DNA of 63,117 nt, filler included, from Octopus bimaculoides (lineage: Eukaryota): NCBI RefSeq assembly GCF_001194135.2. It is 9 parts of 7 records of this genome, joined end to end, with 100 filler letters (N's around TTAATTAATTAA, not from the genome) between each part and the next. Parts side by side here need not be neighbours in the genome. Positions count along the whole stretch, not along the records: positions 3,862 to 14,361 come from NC_068991.1; positions 14,462 to 40,946 come from NC_068982.1; 7 more parts are not named here. One strand, written 5' to 3'. The position numbers and the translations under genes are program-made. Below are positions 12,963-25,262 of this stretch, in pieces; positions within the stretch are counted from its first letter, which is position 1; each line of letters starts with the position of its first letter. The notes beneath the pieces are model-generated. The model did no database searches. It saw only the letters and a list, made by a program, of their open reading frames with translations, and had not been told where the DNA came from.

Positions 12963-14069
12963 NNNNNNNNNNNNNNNNNNNNNNNNNNNNNNNNNNNNNN
13001 NNNNNNNNNNNNNNNNNNNNNNNNNNNNNNNNNNNNNNNNNNNNNNNNNNNNNNNNNNNNNNNNNNNNNNNNNNNNNNNNNNNNNNNNNNNNNNNNNNNN
13101 NNNNNNNNNNNNNNNNNNNNNNNNNNNNNNNNNNNNNNNNNNNNNNNNNNNNNNNNNNNNNNNNNNNNNNNNNNNNNNNNNNNNNNNNNNNNNNNNNNNN
13201 NNNNNNNNNNNNNNNNNNNNNNNNNNNNNNNNNNNNNNNNNNNNNNNNNNNNNNNNNNNNNNNNNNNNNNNNNNNNNNNNNNNNNNNNNNNNNNNNNNNN
13301 NNNNNNNNNNNNNNNNNNNNNNNNNNNNNNNNNNNNNNNNNNNATATATAGATATATATATATATATATACACGCACACACACGTACGTGCACGCAAAGA
13401 AACACTAAAACTATTCAGCCTCACTATGTGTTTTAAATATTTACTGCTGGACAGTGGTATCGTCTGTCTTTGATTACTGTAATATGTCTTACTTAAATTA
13501 AACTACTTGTGACGCTAGTGGAAAATGTCAATGACATAAGTATTTTCGAAGATTGGTTTCTTAGTTCGTGTTTATTCAATTTTTTTTTTCTTCTTCTACT
13601 TCTTCTTATTTTTACATTATTTCTTTTCATCCAAAATCATGTCTGTTCGTCCCCCCTACCAACTCAGCACACTCACACATACAAAGTAACAAAATTTTCT
13701 GCAAATATTTTTAATGTCAGATTAGCTCCCACACTCCGGAAAAATTATTGAAAAAATTGTCTTAGGTTTCTTTGCTAGACAACCAAGTGGTGTACAGTAA
13801 CGTAATGTCGTGTGTGCAATCATATCAGTGTATTAATATATTAATATATTAATATTAATATGTTAATATATTAATATTAATATGTTAATATCAATAAAGT
13901 ATAAAAGACACCTATCCACAAAAAAAAAGAGAAAGGATTTAAGTACAAATGTTTAAAATCTATATATGAATTGGATATATATACAGATATATGTATGTGT
14001 GTGCATGTGTGTGTATATATTTATGTATACGCATATATGTATATATATAAGTATACACATATATGTATA

Positions 14070-14107
<38 letters not shown>

Positions 14108-14461
14108 CATAGACATATATGTATGTATATACATAGATATATATGTATACATATAGATATGTATATATATATATATATATGTGTATAGATATGTGTATAC
14201 ATATAGATATATATGTATACATATAGATATGTATATATATATATGTGTATAGATATGTATATATATATATGTATATATGTATATATTTGTATGTATTTAT
14301 ATATATGTATATATGTATGTATATGTATATATGTATGTATATCTATGTGTATATGTATGCANNNNNNNNNNNNNNNNNNNNNNNNNNNNNNNNNNNNNNN
14401 NNNNNTTAATTAATTAANNNNNNNNNNNNNNNNNNNNNNNNNNNNNNNNNNNNNNNNNNNN

Positions 14462-14534
<73 letters not shown>

Positions 14535-15019
14535 TTGCATACGTACATACAGAAACAAATGCAGATTTCTCTTTCTGGCTTGGGGTAATCTGATAAATAA
14601 ACATAACGAAATGATTTTCTCGTGTAAACACAGGGCTACAAAATCCTATCCCCACTACAGAACCAAAACTATCCTCCATCGATAACAAATAATTCAGCTG
14701 TTAACTTAATTCATCAGTTTGTACTGGCACAGTTGGATATGTTCCTGACTACTTTATAAATTCCACCGGAATCTTTCCGAATCTTTACTTACTTTTTTCA
14801 TTCTTTTATTACCCTTTATTCACAACATCACACTATGTAACAATTTTATTTTTCTTTGTCTTTGGTCAGTAAGTGTTAGTTCCCAGAAATCAAAGGAAAT
14901 GACTACTATTCCCTTCAGATTTTTCTTTTGTGACCTGGACATCAATGTTTTGAAACTGATCTATTTTCCATTACATTTCAGATAGATTCAGTGCTGAGTT
15001 GCCTGAAACTGAAATATCG

Positions 15020-15150
15020 TTATAGCAAATATTCTGCTCAATACCACAGATTTGCTTGTCAGCTACTTGACCTTAACCACTTGAGCATGTCGCTTAGTGG
15101 TTGACACTATGTGCATCTCTGATCATGAGCAGTAGTAACGGAGTATGATA
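15020..15150 (-). repeat. Interspersed repeat, inverted copy of part of 54035-54540
   Basis: gcaaatattctgctcaataccacagatttgcttgtcag...gtgcatctctgatcatgagcag is the reverse complement of 54365-54490. Confidence 0.8.
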
Positions 15151-15339
15151 GCCAGGTGTTCATAGGTATTATTTAGGGTTTCAATAAATATCGTAACAAA
15201 AGCAGTCTGAAGAAAATATTAGCCATTTTTCATATTTTCTAGGGGTAAGCATATAGGAAATAACAGTTGCTACCTAAGGACGACAAAAATCGTGTTACAC
15301 AGTGCAATTGCTGCAGTATTTCTACTGTTACCAAATCCT

Positions 15340-17098
15340 TACATTAGCCTCCTTGTAAAAATAATGTCTGACATGACTTAATACAAACGAGAGTTGATTT
15401 TCATCCAGGTGAAATCAGTGTATTTGAGAAGTGTTGGATTCTATACCGGTACATAGTTATCTCCACTTGACAAGGTGCGGAAAAAATGTTTCACAGACTG
15501 GGATATGTTTATAATCGTCGTCAACAAGAATCTTTGCATGTGTATTAGTCTCAGCACGAGGCAGCGCATCATCGGCATCCTAGGACTTGCCTTGATTGGG
15601 CTTGTTTTACAGTAGATGTACTTCTCCACCTGTGGAAGGTGTCCCTCACACAATAAGCAAAAGATTTCCAACCTGATTGGACCTTCCCTAGAAAAGACCC
15701 AACGACTAGACCTATTTCTGAGTAAGGATGCTGATAGAAGCCTTCTTTCGATTGAGATAATAGAATCTGATTTTGTTGGGGTTTTGTTGTTGCTTTTAGG
15801 GTGTCTTGTTGCTGTTATTATTGGTACCGATGTTGCTGTTGTTGTTACTGCTGATGTTGTAGATGGTGTTGTCGTTGTTGATACTGGTGATGGTGGTGGT
15901 GATGGTGGTTGTGGTGGTGGTGGTGGTGAAATTGTAGGGTCGGCACTGGTATTGGTCTCCTTTCTCCTCCCCCGCTTCTGTGAATGGTACAACAAATCTG
16001 CAACTTCGTTCCACAGCCACGAACAACCAGCTGCCACTTGGCAGCTTTCTCAGGCCGCAACATTATGGCTTGGCACTACTTTGACCGAGGAGTGATCCTT
16101 GCATTGAGAACGTGGAGATTTCTTTCGTAACTCTCAATGCTACGACTCGTGATGTTCTGGAAATAGCAACATCTGGGATCAGTCGTTATTGTCCCCGCTG
16201 TTATCAACTTTCTCTCTTTCCCTGCGTAATCACTTTCTATGGGCAGAAATTCGGCGTGTAGTTCTTACTGACACATACATAACAGTTCAGCTCTTTAGTC
16301 AGCAACATCAGTTTTATCGCCCTTTTCCCTGCGCCTACAATGGCTTACAACTACACGATTGCTCGATGGTCCCGAACACATGTTATATCTTGTCAACTTC
16401 GCGCTCGCAACCAACTCAATACTGTACCATAAAGGTGACAATGAGCCGAAGTAGTTATCATCTATCCCAGTTTCCTTTGAAGTTACCTTCTTATTGCACC
16501 GTCTCTTATAGGCACCAGCTTATTGACAGGTGGATGGTGCACTGGTTCAGCTGGCTTTCAAGAACAAGCTTTCATTTCCATATGCCCTACCTCTATCAAT
16601 TGGGGACACATTGTTTCACACAATGTCTAAGACCGATCTGTACATAGCAGGGATATGTCACCTTCCTCCTTGGCTGTCCTTGAGTAAATTCCTCCAGCAA
16701 GAAGGCATCATCTTTAGGACATACCGCTACAAGGTTTCTTTATTTGACTGGCTTCGAAAATATATCTAAAACCTCCATTTGGTTTGTCATGCTAGCAAAA
16801 GTGTTGTTAATATGTTCATTTATATTGTACAAGTTTGGGTTACTGTTGTTCGTACTTTTGTTTATGTGGAGTATGTTTACGTTTCCAGGTGCCAAATTGT
16901 TGTCTTCTGTCTTTGTGAGTGTATCTGCTGCAATGTTTTTTTTTCTTTTTCTGATTAGCTTTCTTTGAATTCTGTTTATCTTTTCTTTTTTTTTTTTTTC
17001 TTAATTTCCTTTCCGTCTGTTCAAAAATTATTTCGTTTTGGAGGTGCAGTCAGTACTGCTTCTTTTGTTCTAAACACCTGTTCCTACTCTTGCAGTAT
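15340..17098 (-). mobile_element. Heavily decayed putative ORF1-type non-LTR element related to 48031-50160
   Basis: Its 5' motif agagtaggaacaggtgttt (17072-17090, minus) resembles agagtggacaggtgttt at 48078-48094. Remnant peptides IDRGRAYG and CNKKVT weakly echo RGVEF and CGKKVT of the 48660 ORF1. Boundaries are uncertain. Confidence 0.3.
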
Positions 17099-18062
17099 AA
17101 GATATCATATTGAATAAAATACAAACACAAGAATCTTTTCCATATAAATACTTTTGTTTACTCCACATGTTAAGGTAGACTTTCACACTTACCTTTCACA
17201 ATTTCCGAAATTTTCTGTTTTACAAAATAATCCAAAGGAGAAGAATTTTCCTCCAGTAAAACTTGGTAATAATCCAATTTTCTCTGAAAATAGTCTGAAA
17301 ATACATATGTATTCACATCAAAACAGACTAATAATAATAATAATAATAATGTTTTTTTTTTCATCTATTAAAAAGTAATGAAAATTATAAAATACATGCT
17401 AGAGTAGATAAACGAGAAACACAAACCAGAAGTCATTCTCTATAAACAGAATAAAAAGCGTTCAATTTTGTAACGAAGAAAAAACAAGCACCTTAAACGG
17501 CTGGACTAACTATAGTAAATGTTTCTTTCATTTTCTCATTATAACAAGCTTTCTTTTTTATTTATTTATTTATTTTGGTGCAAGTGAATAACAAATGAAA
17601 GAAATTCGATGCATGTTGACTTGTTTCAGAAAAAGCTAACATTACACAAAACTCCGGGTCGTTTAAGAATAGGGAAATAAAAAAAACATGAAATATGTAA
17701 AATAAAATTTAAAAATAAAAACAAACGATCTGCTTAAACTATTCATCTAAATCCCCAACTCCTTATCTGTTATGAATATTACAAACAACAATGGTTGCTA
17801 TAACACTCAACCGACAACATTATATCATCAAGCAGACGAACTTCCCGCCGAGCGGCTGGGCCAACAGCGGACGGCGTCACAGCATAACGTCAAGATGCCA
17901 AAACAAAACCAGCCATTTCAATTCAACTATAAGAATATATATGGCTGAAATTTCGTTTAACTGGGTGATATCGTGTCAGAGACTTGAAAAAAACTAGCAT
18001 TGACTTAGATATCTAATAGCAGTACATACATACATACATACATACATACATACATACATACA

Positions 18063-18134
<72 letters not shown>

Positions 18135-18165
18135 TGTATATATTCATATATGTGTGTGTGTGTGA

Positions 18166-18214
<49 letters not shown>

Positions 18215-18228
18215 CGTGTGTGTGTATG

Positions 18229-18260
<32 letters not shown>

Positions 18261-18529
18261 TGCATAACTACATAGGGTAGTTAAAAGCACAAACACTCAT
18301 GAATCCATAGCGTACATACCAGTCTATCAAAAAAGTAAGTACGTTCCTTACTTTAGTTAAGTATACGTGTTAGATACAAACGTATGTTTTTAACTACAGT
18401 ATTCATACAGAGACACACATACACACATACATGTATGTATTCAAATGTGTGTGTGTGTGTATGTATGTGTATGTGTGTGTGTGTGTGCGTGCGTGTATGT
18501 GAGAGAGAGAGAGAGAGTTTGAGTGTATG

Positions 18530-18720
18530 ATATCACCCCACCTCACCGGCGTCGGTTTGCTTACGAACCCGTAACTTTGCAGTTCGGCAAAAAGGGCCGA
18601 TACAATAAGTACCAGGCTTAAAACAACAAAAGAACAGGGGGCCGATCTGACTGACTAAACCATTCAAAACGGTGCCTCAGCATCGCTGCAATCCAATGAC
18701 TGAAGCAAGCAACGACAAAA
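18530..18720 (+). mobile_element. SINE family A, 3' part
   Basis: cccgtaactttgcagttcggcaaaa...gatacaataagtacc...cggtgcctcagcat...aatgactgaa.caag matches the family tail. Confidence 0.7.
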
Positions 18721-18724
18721 GACG

Positions 18725-18755
<31 letters not shown>

Positions 18756-19079
18756 NNNNNNNNNNNNNNNNNNNNNNNNNNNNNNNNNNNNNNNNNNNNN
18801 NNNNNNNNNNNNNNNNNNNNNNNNNNNNNNNNNNNNNNNNNNNNNNNNNNNNNNNNNNNNNNNNNNNNNNNNNNNNNNNNNNNNNNNNNNNNNNNNNNNN
18901 NNNNNNNNNNNNNNNNNNNNNNNNNNNNNNNNNNNNNNNNNNNNNNNNNNNNNNNNNNNNNNNNNNNNNNNNNNNNNNNNNNNNNNNNNNNNNNNNNNNN
19001 NNNNNNNNNNNNNNNNNNNNNNNNNNNNNNNNNNNNNNNNNNNNNNNNNNNNNNNNNNNNNNNNNNNNNNNNNNNNNNN

Positions 19080-19112
<33 letters not shown>

Positions 19113-19118
19113 TACATA

Positions 19119-19431
19119 CTTGGGTGTCTTCTACTATAGCCTCGGGCCGACCAAAGCCTTGTGAGTGGGTTTGGTAGACAGAAACTGAAAGAAGCCCGTC
19201 GTATATATGTGTATATGTTTGTATGTCTCTGTGTTTGTCCCCCACCACCACCACCATCACTTGACAACCGATATTGATGTGTTTACGTTCCCGTAACCTA
19301 GCGGTTCGGCAAAAGAAACCGATAGAATAAGTACTAGGTTTACAAAGAATAAGGCCTGGGGTCGATTTTTTCGACTAAAGGCGGTGCTCCAGCGTGGCCT
19401 CAATCAAATGACTGGAACAAATAAAAGAATA
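19119..19431 (+). mobile_element. SINE family A (core, internal microsatellite and tail)
   Basis: Highly similar to 41047-41400: gtcttctactatagcctcgggccgaccaaagccttgtgagtgg...ggcggtgctccagc...aaatgactg.aacaa.taaaaga. Confidence 0.9.
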
Positions 19432-19725
19432 TATATATATATATATAGATCGTTGACCAAACACTATTCAATTTTTTTTCTCCGTGTTTTTCTCCTTGTT
19501 TTCTCTGTATATATACACGCACACCCACACAAATGCTTCCGAAGTACGGTTCATAAAAGTGCAAGTGCATGAATTCATATGTAGCTCGAAACGTTAAAGA
19601 CTTTCTGTATTCCCGAGCGTCAAACTAATACATCCTTTTGTTGTTTACACCACCTGTCCTCGTCTGTTGTGTTTTTTTTCATACATTCTCCCATATATAA
19701 ATAATATGTGACAATTATTCGGTAG

Positions 19726-19793
19726 CCATGATAAAACTCCGAGTTTCGGATGTCGGGGGGAAAACCCACACCGCTATCTCTTCAGTTATCTGG
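19726..19793 (-). ncRNA. Degenerate type I hammerhead ribozyme motif
   Basis: Minus strand ccagataa-CUGAAGA-gauagcggugugggUUUUccccccgacaucc-GAAA-cucggagu-u-uuaucaugg. Helix I is gauaa/uuauc (extends past a bulge). Helix III is ACU-CGG-AGU. The triplet is GUU and helix II is imperfect. Confidence 0.6.
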
Positions 19794-20003
19794 CCATCGA
19801 AAAAATGCTATATATATATACATATATACACATATATACATGCATACATATATATACAGATATGCATTTATATATATACAAATATATATACACATATATA
19901 TGCATACACGCACATGCGCACATGCGCATACATATAAGTGCGTATAAAGAAGCATATATAAACATGTATTCAATTGTACATATGACATAACTTCAATATT
20001 CAT

Positions 20004-20040
<37 letters not shown>

Positions 20041-20340
20041 TGTGTGTACGTGTGTCTATTTTGATATCCCTTTAATGGAGACACATTTTCTTTGTTTATT
20101 TAAAAAAGCAGTTTTTTAAATGTTTATTATTAAATGACAAAATGTCCAAATAAACATTTCAAAAGTCAGTTATTTTATGATTCAACGTGGACTTAGGTCT
20201 CCGAGGAAGTCATACAATACTTCACGCCATCTTCTCTTTCTGTCTCTCTCTCCCTCCCTATCTCTCTCTCCTTATCTCTCTCCCTATCTAACTTTCTCGC
20301 CGTGTCTCTTTCTCTTTACATGTATCTCATATATGAATAT

Positions 20341-20659
20341 ATCATCATCATCGTTTAACGTCCGCTTTCCATGCTAGCATGGGTTGGACGATTTGACTGA
20401 GGACTGGTGCAACCGGATGGCTACACCAAGTTCCAATCTAATTTGGCAGAGTTTCTACAGCTGGATGCCCTTCCTAACGCCAACCACTCAGAGAGTGTAG
20501 TGGGTGCTTTTACGTGTCACCCGCACGAAAACGGCCACGCTCGAAATGGTGTCTTTTATGTGCCACCGGCACAAAAGCCAGTCCAGGGGCACTGGCAACG
20601 ATCTCGCTCGAAAACCCTACAAGGCCAGTCAGGCGGTACTGGCAACGGTCACGCTCAGG
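20341..20659 (-). mobile_element. 3' end of an RTE-type LINE or its SINE, ending in a (TGA)n tail on the minus strand
   Basis: catcatcatcgtttaacgtccgctttccatgctagcatgggttggacg...ctggatgcccttcctaacgccaacc is a recognisable RTE 3' tail pattern; it runs into a gap. Confidence 0.7.
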
Positions 20660-20936
20660 NNNNNNNNNNNNNNNNNNNNNNNNNNNNNNNNNNNNNNNNN
20701 NNNNNNNNNNNNNNNNNNNNNNNNNNNNNNNNNNNNNNNNNNNNNNNNNNNNNNNNNNNNNNNNNNNNNNNNNNNNNNNNNNNNNNNNNNNNNNNNNNNN
20801 NNNNNNNNNNNNNNNNNNNNNNNNNNNNNNNNNNNNNNNNNNNNNNNNNNNNNNNNNNNNNNNNNNNNNNNNNNNNNNNNNNNNNNNNNNNNNNNNNNNN
20901 NNNNNNNNNNNNNNNNNNNNNNNNNNNNNNNNNNNN

Positions 20937-20967
<31 letters not shown>

Positions 20968-21639
20968 GCATGTACGTACGTATGTATGTATATATATATA
21001 TATATAGTTTATTTAGGCTGATCTAGTTTTCTATTATCCCGGTGTGTTGTCGGTTCCTCAAACAGGAACAAAACGGATCTTTTATTTTTCCTGTCGTGGA
21101 TTCGATCACGTAGCGGGGAAAATTCATACACACACACACACACACACGAGGGGATGCCAAAGCACATGCCAAATGCACATGGTTTCCCTTGTGAAGGAAG
21201 GTATTACAGGCAGATAATGATAGTAATAATATCAGATGGGATTAAAAACTTGAATTTGAAATTAAGGAATAATAAGGAAAAAGGTGCATAGAATTCACAA
21301 TGTTTCTTTACTTATTACAAAATTCTTACAATTTCTAGTCGGCGGTATTCATGCATAGCACTATTTCATTCTTTTTAGAAATCGTCTGGAGGATATAACC
21401 TGCGGCTTATTAATTAAATATTATTTTACGTAAGACAATTCATTAAATGTGAAAATAATTACAATTATTTCATTAACAGCAATAACTTATTAGTAACAAT
21501 TGATATTCGGTATTACACTACTAAAAGATATATGATTATGACAACACTACAGTTTACATTTCCCGAAAGTAAATTTTTTACTGATTAGCGTCCTCGATCT
21601 TTTATCAGTTAGGATCTCTGATACTGGTGGACGAGAGGA

Positions 21640-21850
21640 CGTAAGCTATCTTCAAACCGGAGATTTGACCCAAATGTTTACAACCCAATGTCCTGGTGTT
21701 GGTGTTAAACCAAATGACGGACTAAATTTACGAGTCGTAAACTCGAGACGCAAGGCATCTTGTTCGATGCTTTAACAATTCCGCTAATCCAAATCTGGTA
21801 TTTTATCTTATCGACTCAGAAAGGGCAGAAGATAAAATTGACTGCGAAAG
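21640..21850 (-). mobile_element. Old SINE family B-like remnants
   Basis: ttttatcttatcgactcagaaaggg...aaaattgac and gctttaacaattccgcta resemble the reverse complement of the family B consensus. Confidence 0.4.
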
Positions 21851-24067
21851 AACTATAGTTGTAGGTTAAGAAATATAAATGGTTGTTTCCAAAATACCCA
21901 ATTTATTGAAAACATTGGTTTTTAAATCAAAGTTTTTAAATCAAAGTAAATAAACAAATATATATTCCAGTATAATGATTTCCCCCAAACGATTTTTCTT
22001 TTTTTCTTTTCAGAAAGTTGTAGTTAGTCCTTATGAAAACTGCAAGTAATATGAAAATAACGAATTTATCTAACTTCGCGGTATCATGGCACTAATATTT
22101 ATGTGAAGCGATGTAAAATAAAATCGCAGGTTCCAAACAGATTTTTTAACCCGAGTCGTTTAAGACGTTTAGAGGAGTTAGGTTGCTAACCACGAAGTTC
22201 TTGATTTCTTTGGCGTCTCGATTTCTTTGACCGAAGTATCGTATCAAGTGAAACCCGGTAGGGTGCACATGGCTGTTCCAGTATTTCAGTCTCACAGTCT
22301 TTCTTGGTTAAGCTACGTGTTCTGGGTTGCTTCTATCGATGAAGAAAAAATTTCTTACTCTTTCAATACAAATCATAACAAAGTAAAAATAGCAACCTGA
22401 TTTAATATCTCGGTATGATGCAAGTAGGATCAACGTATTACGATGCAATGTCAATATAGCAACTTGACCTAAAATCTCGAACTCCTAGTATAGTGAAAAC
22501 ATCTTGCACAATCACAACGTAGTAAAACAAACTCTTAATATCAAATCGCATTACAGCATCAAAAATCACATCAATATTTTTTTAATACTTTAAAAATTCC
22601 TTACCTTTTTATATTGACTTCTAACAGGATAAATAACTGGATCCAACATAGAAGAGATGCAGACTTGTGATAATAAAGCCTTGCACAAAATTGGAAGTGA
22701 ATTGTTTGTAACAGGTCGATTGAGCAGCTGTGAGCGAACTGGTATGACCTGAGAGTTTTAGGTCATGTTAGCTCATGTAATGTGACTCACTCCATACTGT
22801 TACTGCTCACAGTGAACCTTTGATCTTAGCCTCTTGAGTTAGAGAGGCATTAGTTTATTTCGAGTAATTTGCTGTATTACTGAATCAAGCAAAGAAGTGA
22901 AACTCCCAACATTCCTGGGTCCTTTGCTTCATCCCCCGTTAGATAGTCTGATCCAGATTGGGTAATTAGCCTGTCTTCCACTCTCATCGAATTCTAAATG
23001 CCAAGATACAATGACTATCTTGTGTGAAAAAAAGACAGAATAGACGTTACTTGAACACCTTTGATCATGGATAGATTTTCTTGATAAGCGCACAGCAGGA
23101 GCTGAACAACAACGGCCTCAACAAAAACAGCAACCAGAATGCATTGATTTAAACATTCTGCAGTAGACTTTCTATATGAGAGTTGCAAATAGCTTTCAAA
23201 AAAAAATTGAAAGAACGTTTCTGATGTATTGTGCATGTAACACAGCAGGGATGTCTCTTGGTATATAAGAGGATGAGAGAAACATTTAAATTATAATTAT
23301 ACATTCCCCAATCTCACTAGCACCATAACTATATACACAGGTTTTTGTGACTAGGGAACTCTTCCTTTTACATTTTTTTATTTGCCCACAGAAGGAATGA
23401 GCTATAACAAAGAAACAATATTTCATAATTGAAATTTTGACATCAGTAACTTTACAGAGTTACATGCTAAAATTTAAAGAAACCTTACATATTTCATTTT
23501 TCCGCTTCTAAAATGGAGAATTTAAACTACAAATTAGGCGGTATATTTTTATTACCTCAGTCCCCTTTCTTCAAAAGAAATAATTATATTTAATAATGAA
23601 ACCAACTGCCAATGATTAGAAGTAAAACGTTGAATTTATAAGCTTAAAGAGAAGTTTCAAAGCAGCTGTCCATAAATGACTATGAATGTAGTTTTACACA
23701 TAAGCTGAACAGCTTATCTCTTACATAACTTTTGTTCCTTCCGACGCACCCCTCTTAGAACAATTGTTGCTGGTGTTGTTGTTTTTGTTGTTGCTGTTGA
23801 TACTGCAGTTGTTATTGTTGTTGTTGCTCTTGTTGTTGCTGCTATTGTTGTTATTTGTCCAAGGAATTTCAACCGTGACCATTCTGTCTTTTCAGGATTA
23901 TGTTTGGTTTACATTACCTAATGTGTCCTTTATTCATTTAAGACAGTAGGATATACGATCTGAAGTATGATATATGATCTAACAGCCATGCGTGTCTGCA
24001 TATTGTAAAGCTTTTAATGAAAATATTTTGCCAACATTCCTTGTATAAAATACGGAAATGGAACATC

Positions 24068-24544
24068 TGTAGGGAGTCGAGGAAGCCATATTTCGTTGTT
24101 ACGGACTAAAACAGTTGTGCTTTGGCAACGGCAGCCAATCAGAGCTGGTTGTGTCCCAATAAAAGCAGTAGTCATCAGAACAGCTAGAGCGCGCCTTCTT
24201 GGCAGTCAGTCAACAGAAGACTTCGACGCCACCTCTACGACCGTCAGCGAACAGATCCTACGACCGTCCGTAAACAGCGCTGCACAACCGTCAACGAACA
24301 GATCTCCACGACCGTCGGCGAACAGATCCTACAACCGTCAGCCAACAGAGCTGCACAGCCAACAGAGCTGCACAACCGTCAGCAGAGAGATCTCCACAGC
24401 CGACAGCGGACAGATCTTGACATTTCACACAAGCCTTCGTACCACCAGCTACTGCCTGTTCGTTTTTCTTACATTCTTAGCACAGCAAACTTCTAACCTA
24501 CTCGTGCAATTGTAAGTTTTCATGGCTTCCTTCTGACTCCTACA
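24068..24544. mobile_element. Probable solo LTR (477 bp) containing a GC-rich minisatellite
   Basis: TGTAGG...CCTACA termini with a ~21-bp imperfect terminal inverted repeat (gtagggagtcgaggaagccat / atggcttccttctgactcctac). No clean TSD is visible. Confidence 0.5.
24236..24418. repeat. 23-24 bp minisatellite, ~8 units
   Basis: Unit approximately (t/c)ac(g/a)accgtcagcgaacaga(tcc/gctg/tctc); units are contiguous with no unique spacers. Confidence 0.9.
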
Positions 24545-24916
24545 TATATGCGCTCACTTTACTCAGCACTTGTCAACAAACCCAAATAAATTACTATGCT
24601 TCTGCATAACACTGAAGAGATGGAGATAACCTGGAAGATTTCGTTGCCTCTTAACAGAAACGGTCGTAAGGAACTAGCACCCGCATACCCATTCGGTTTT
24701 AGTGACAATCTGCTCATTTGCCCATTTGCTCAATTACTCACTTGTTTCTATATACTTATATGCTTCCACACCTTTGTTTATGCAGTTACCAATTTTTTTC
24801 TACTTGATAATCTGTACCAGTAATTACATGATTCATCCAATACATTTCAATAGACATACTGGAATGTTTACCAGCTGGTGTCTGTCGATTTTGTATCCTC
24901 TCCACTTTCTTATTTG

Positions 24917-24950
<34 letters not shown>

Positions 24951-25001
24951 GCATGTATGTATGTATGTATGTATGTATGTATGTATGTATGTATAAAATA
25001 A

Positions 25002-25262
25002 ACATTAAGTACAGGACATAACCGACGAGTGAAAAATACGTAAATACACAGAGATAAGTACAGGACAAAATACCAAAAAAAGTCTAACTCCTATTCAGTT
25101 GTCGGCTGTTTTACTATTCCTTATCGTTAAAAGCACGAAAAACAGAGTAGTAAAACAGTTGACAACTGAAGACGAGTTAGACTTCTTTTGGTATTTTGTC
25201 CTGTACTTATCCCTGTGTGTTTACGTATTTTTCATTCGTTGGTGATGTCCTGTACTTAATGT
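25002..25262. repeat. Long foldback, ~118-bp imperfect arms and 25-nt loop
   Basis: acattaagtacaggacat...gttgtcggctgttttactattc pairs with gagtagtaaaacagttgacaac...atgtcctgtacttaatgt. Confidence 0.92.

Noticed and set aside
15441-16037. 198-aa Pro/Thr-rich ORF and the 159-aa antisense ORF
   Set aside because: They are open because of a (GGT)/(GTT) low-complexity tract; no recognisable domain.
24236-24418. CRISPR-like appearance of 23-24-bp repeats
   Set aside because: Units are contiguous with no unique spacers, there are no cas genes, and the context is eukaryotic.
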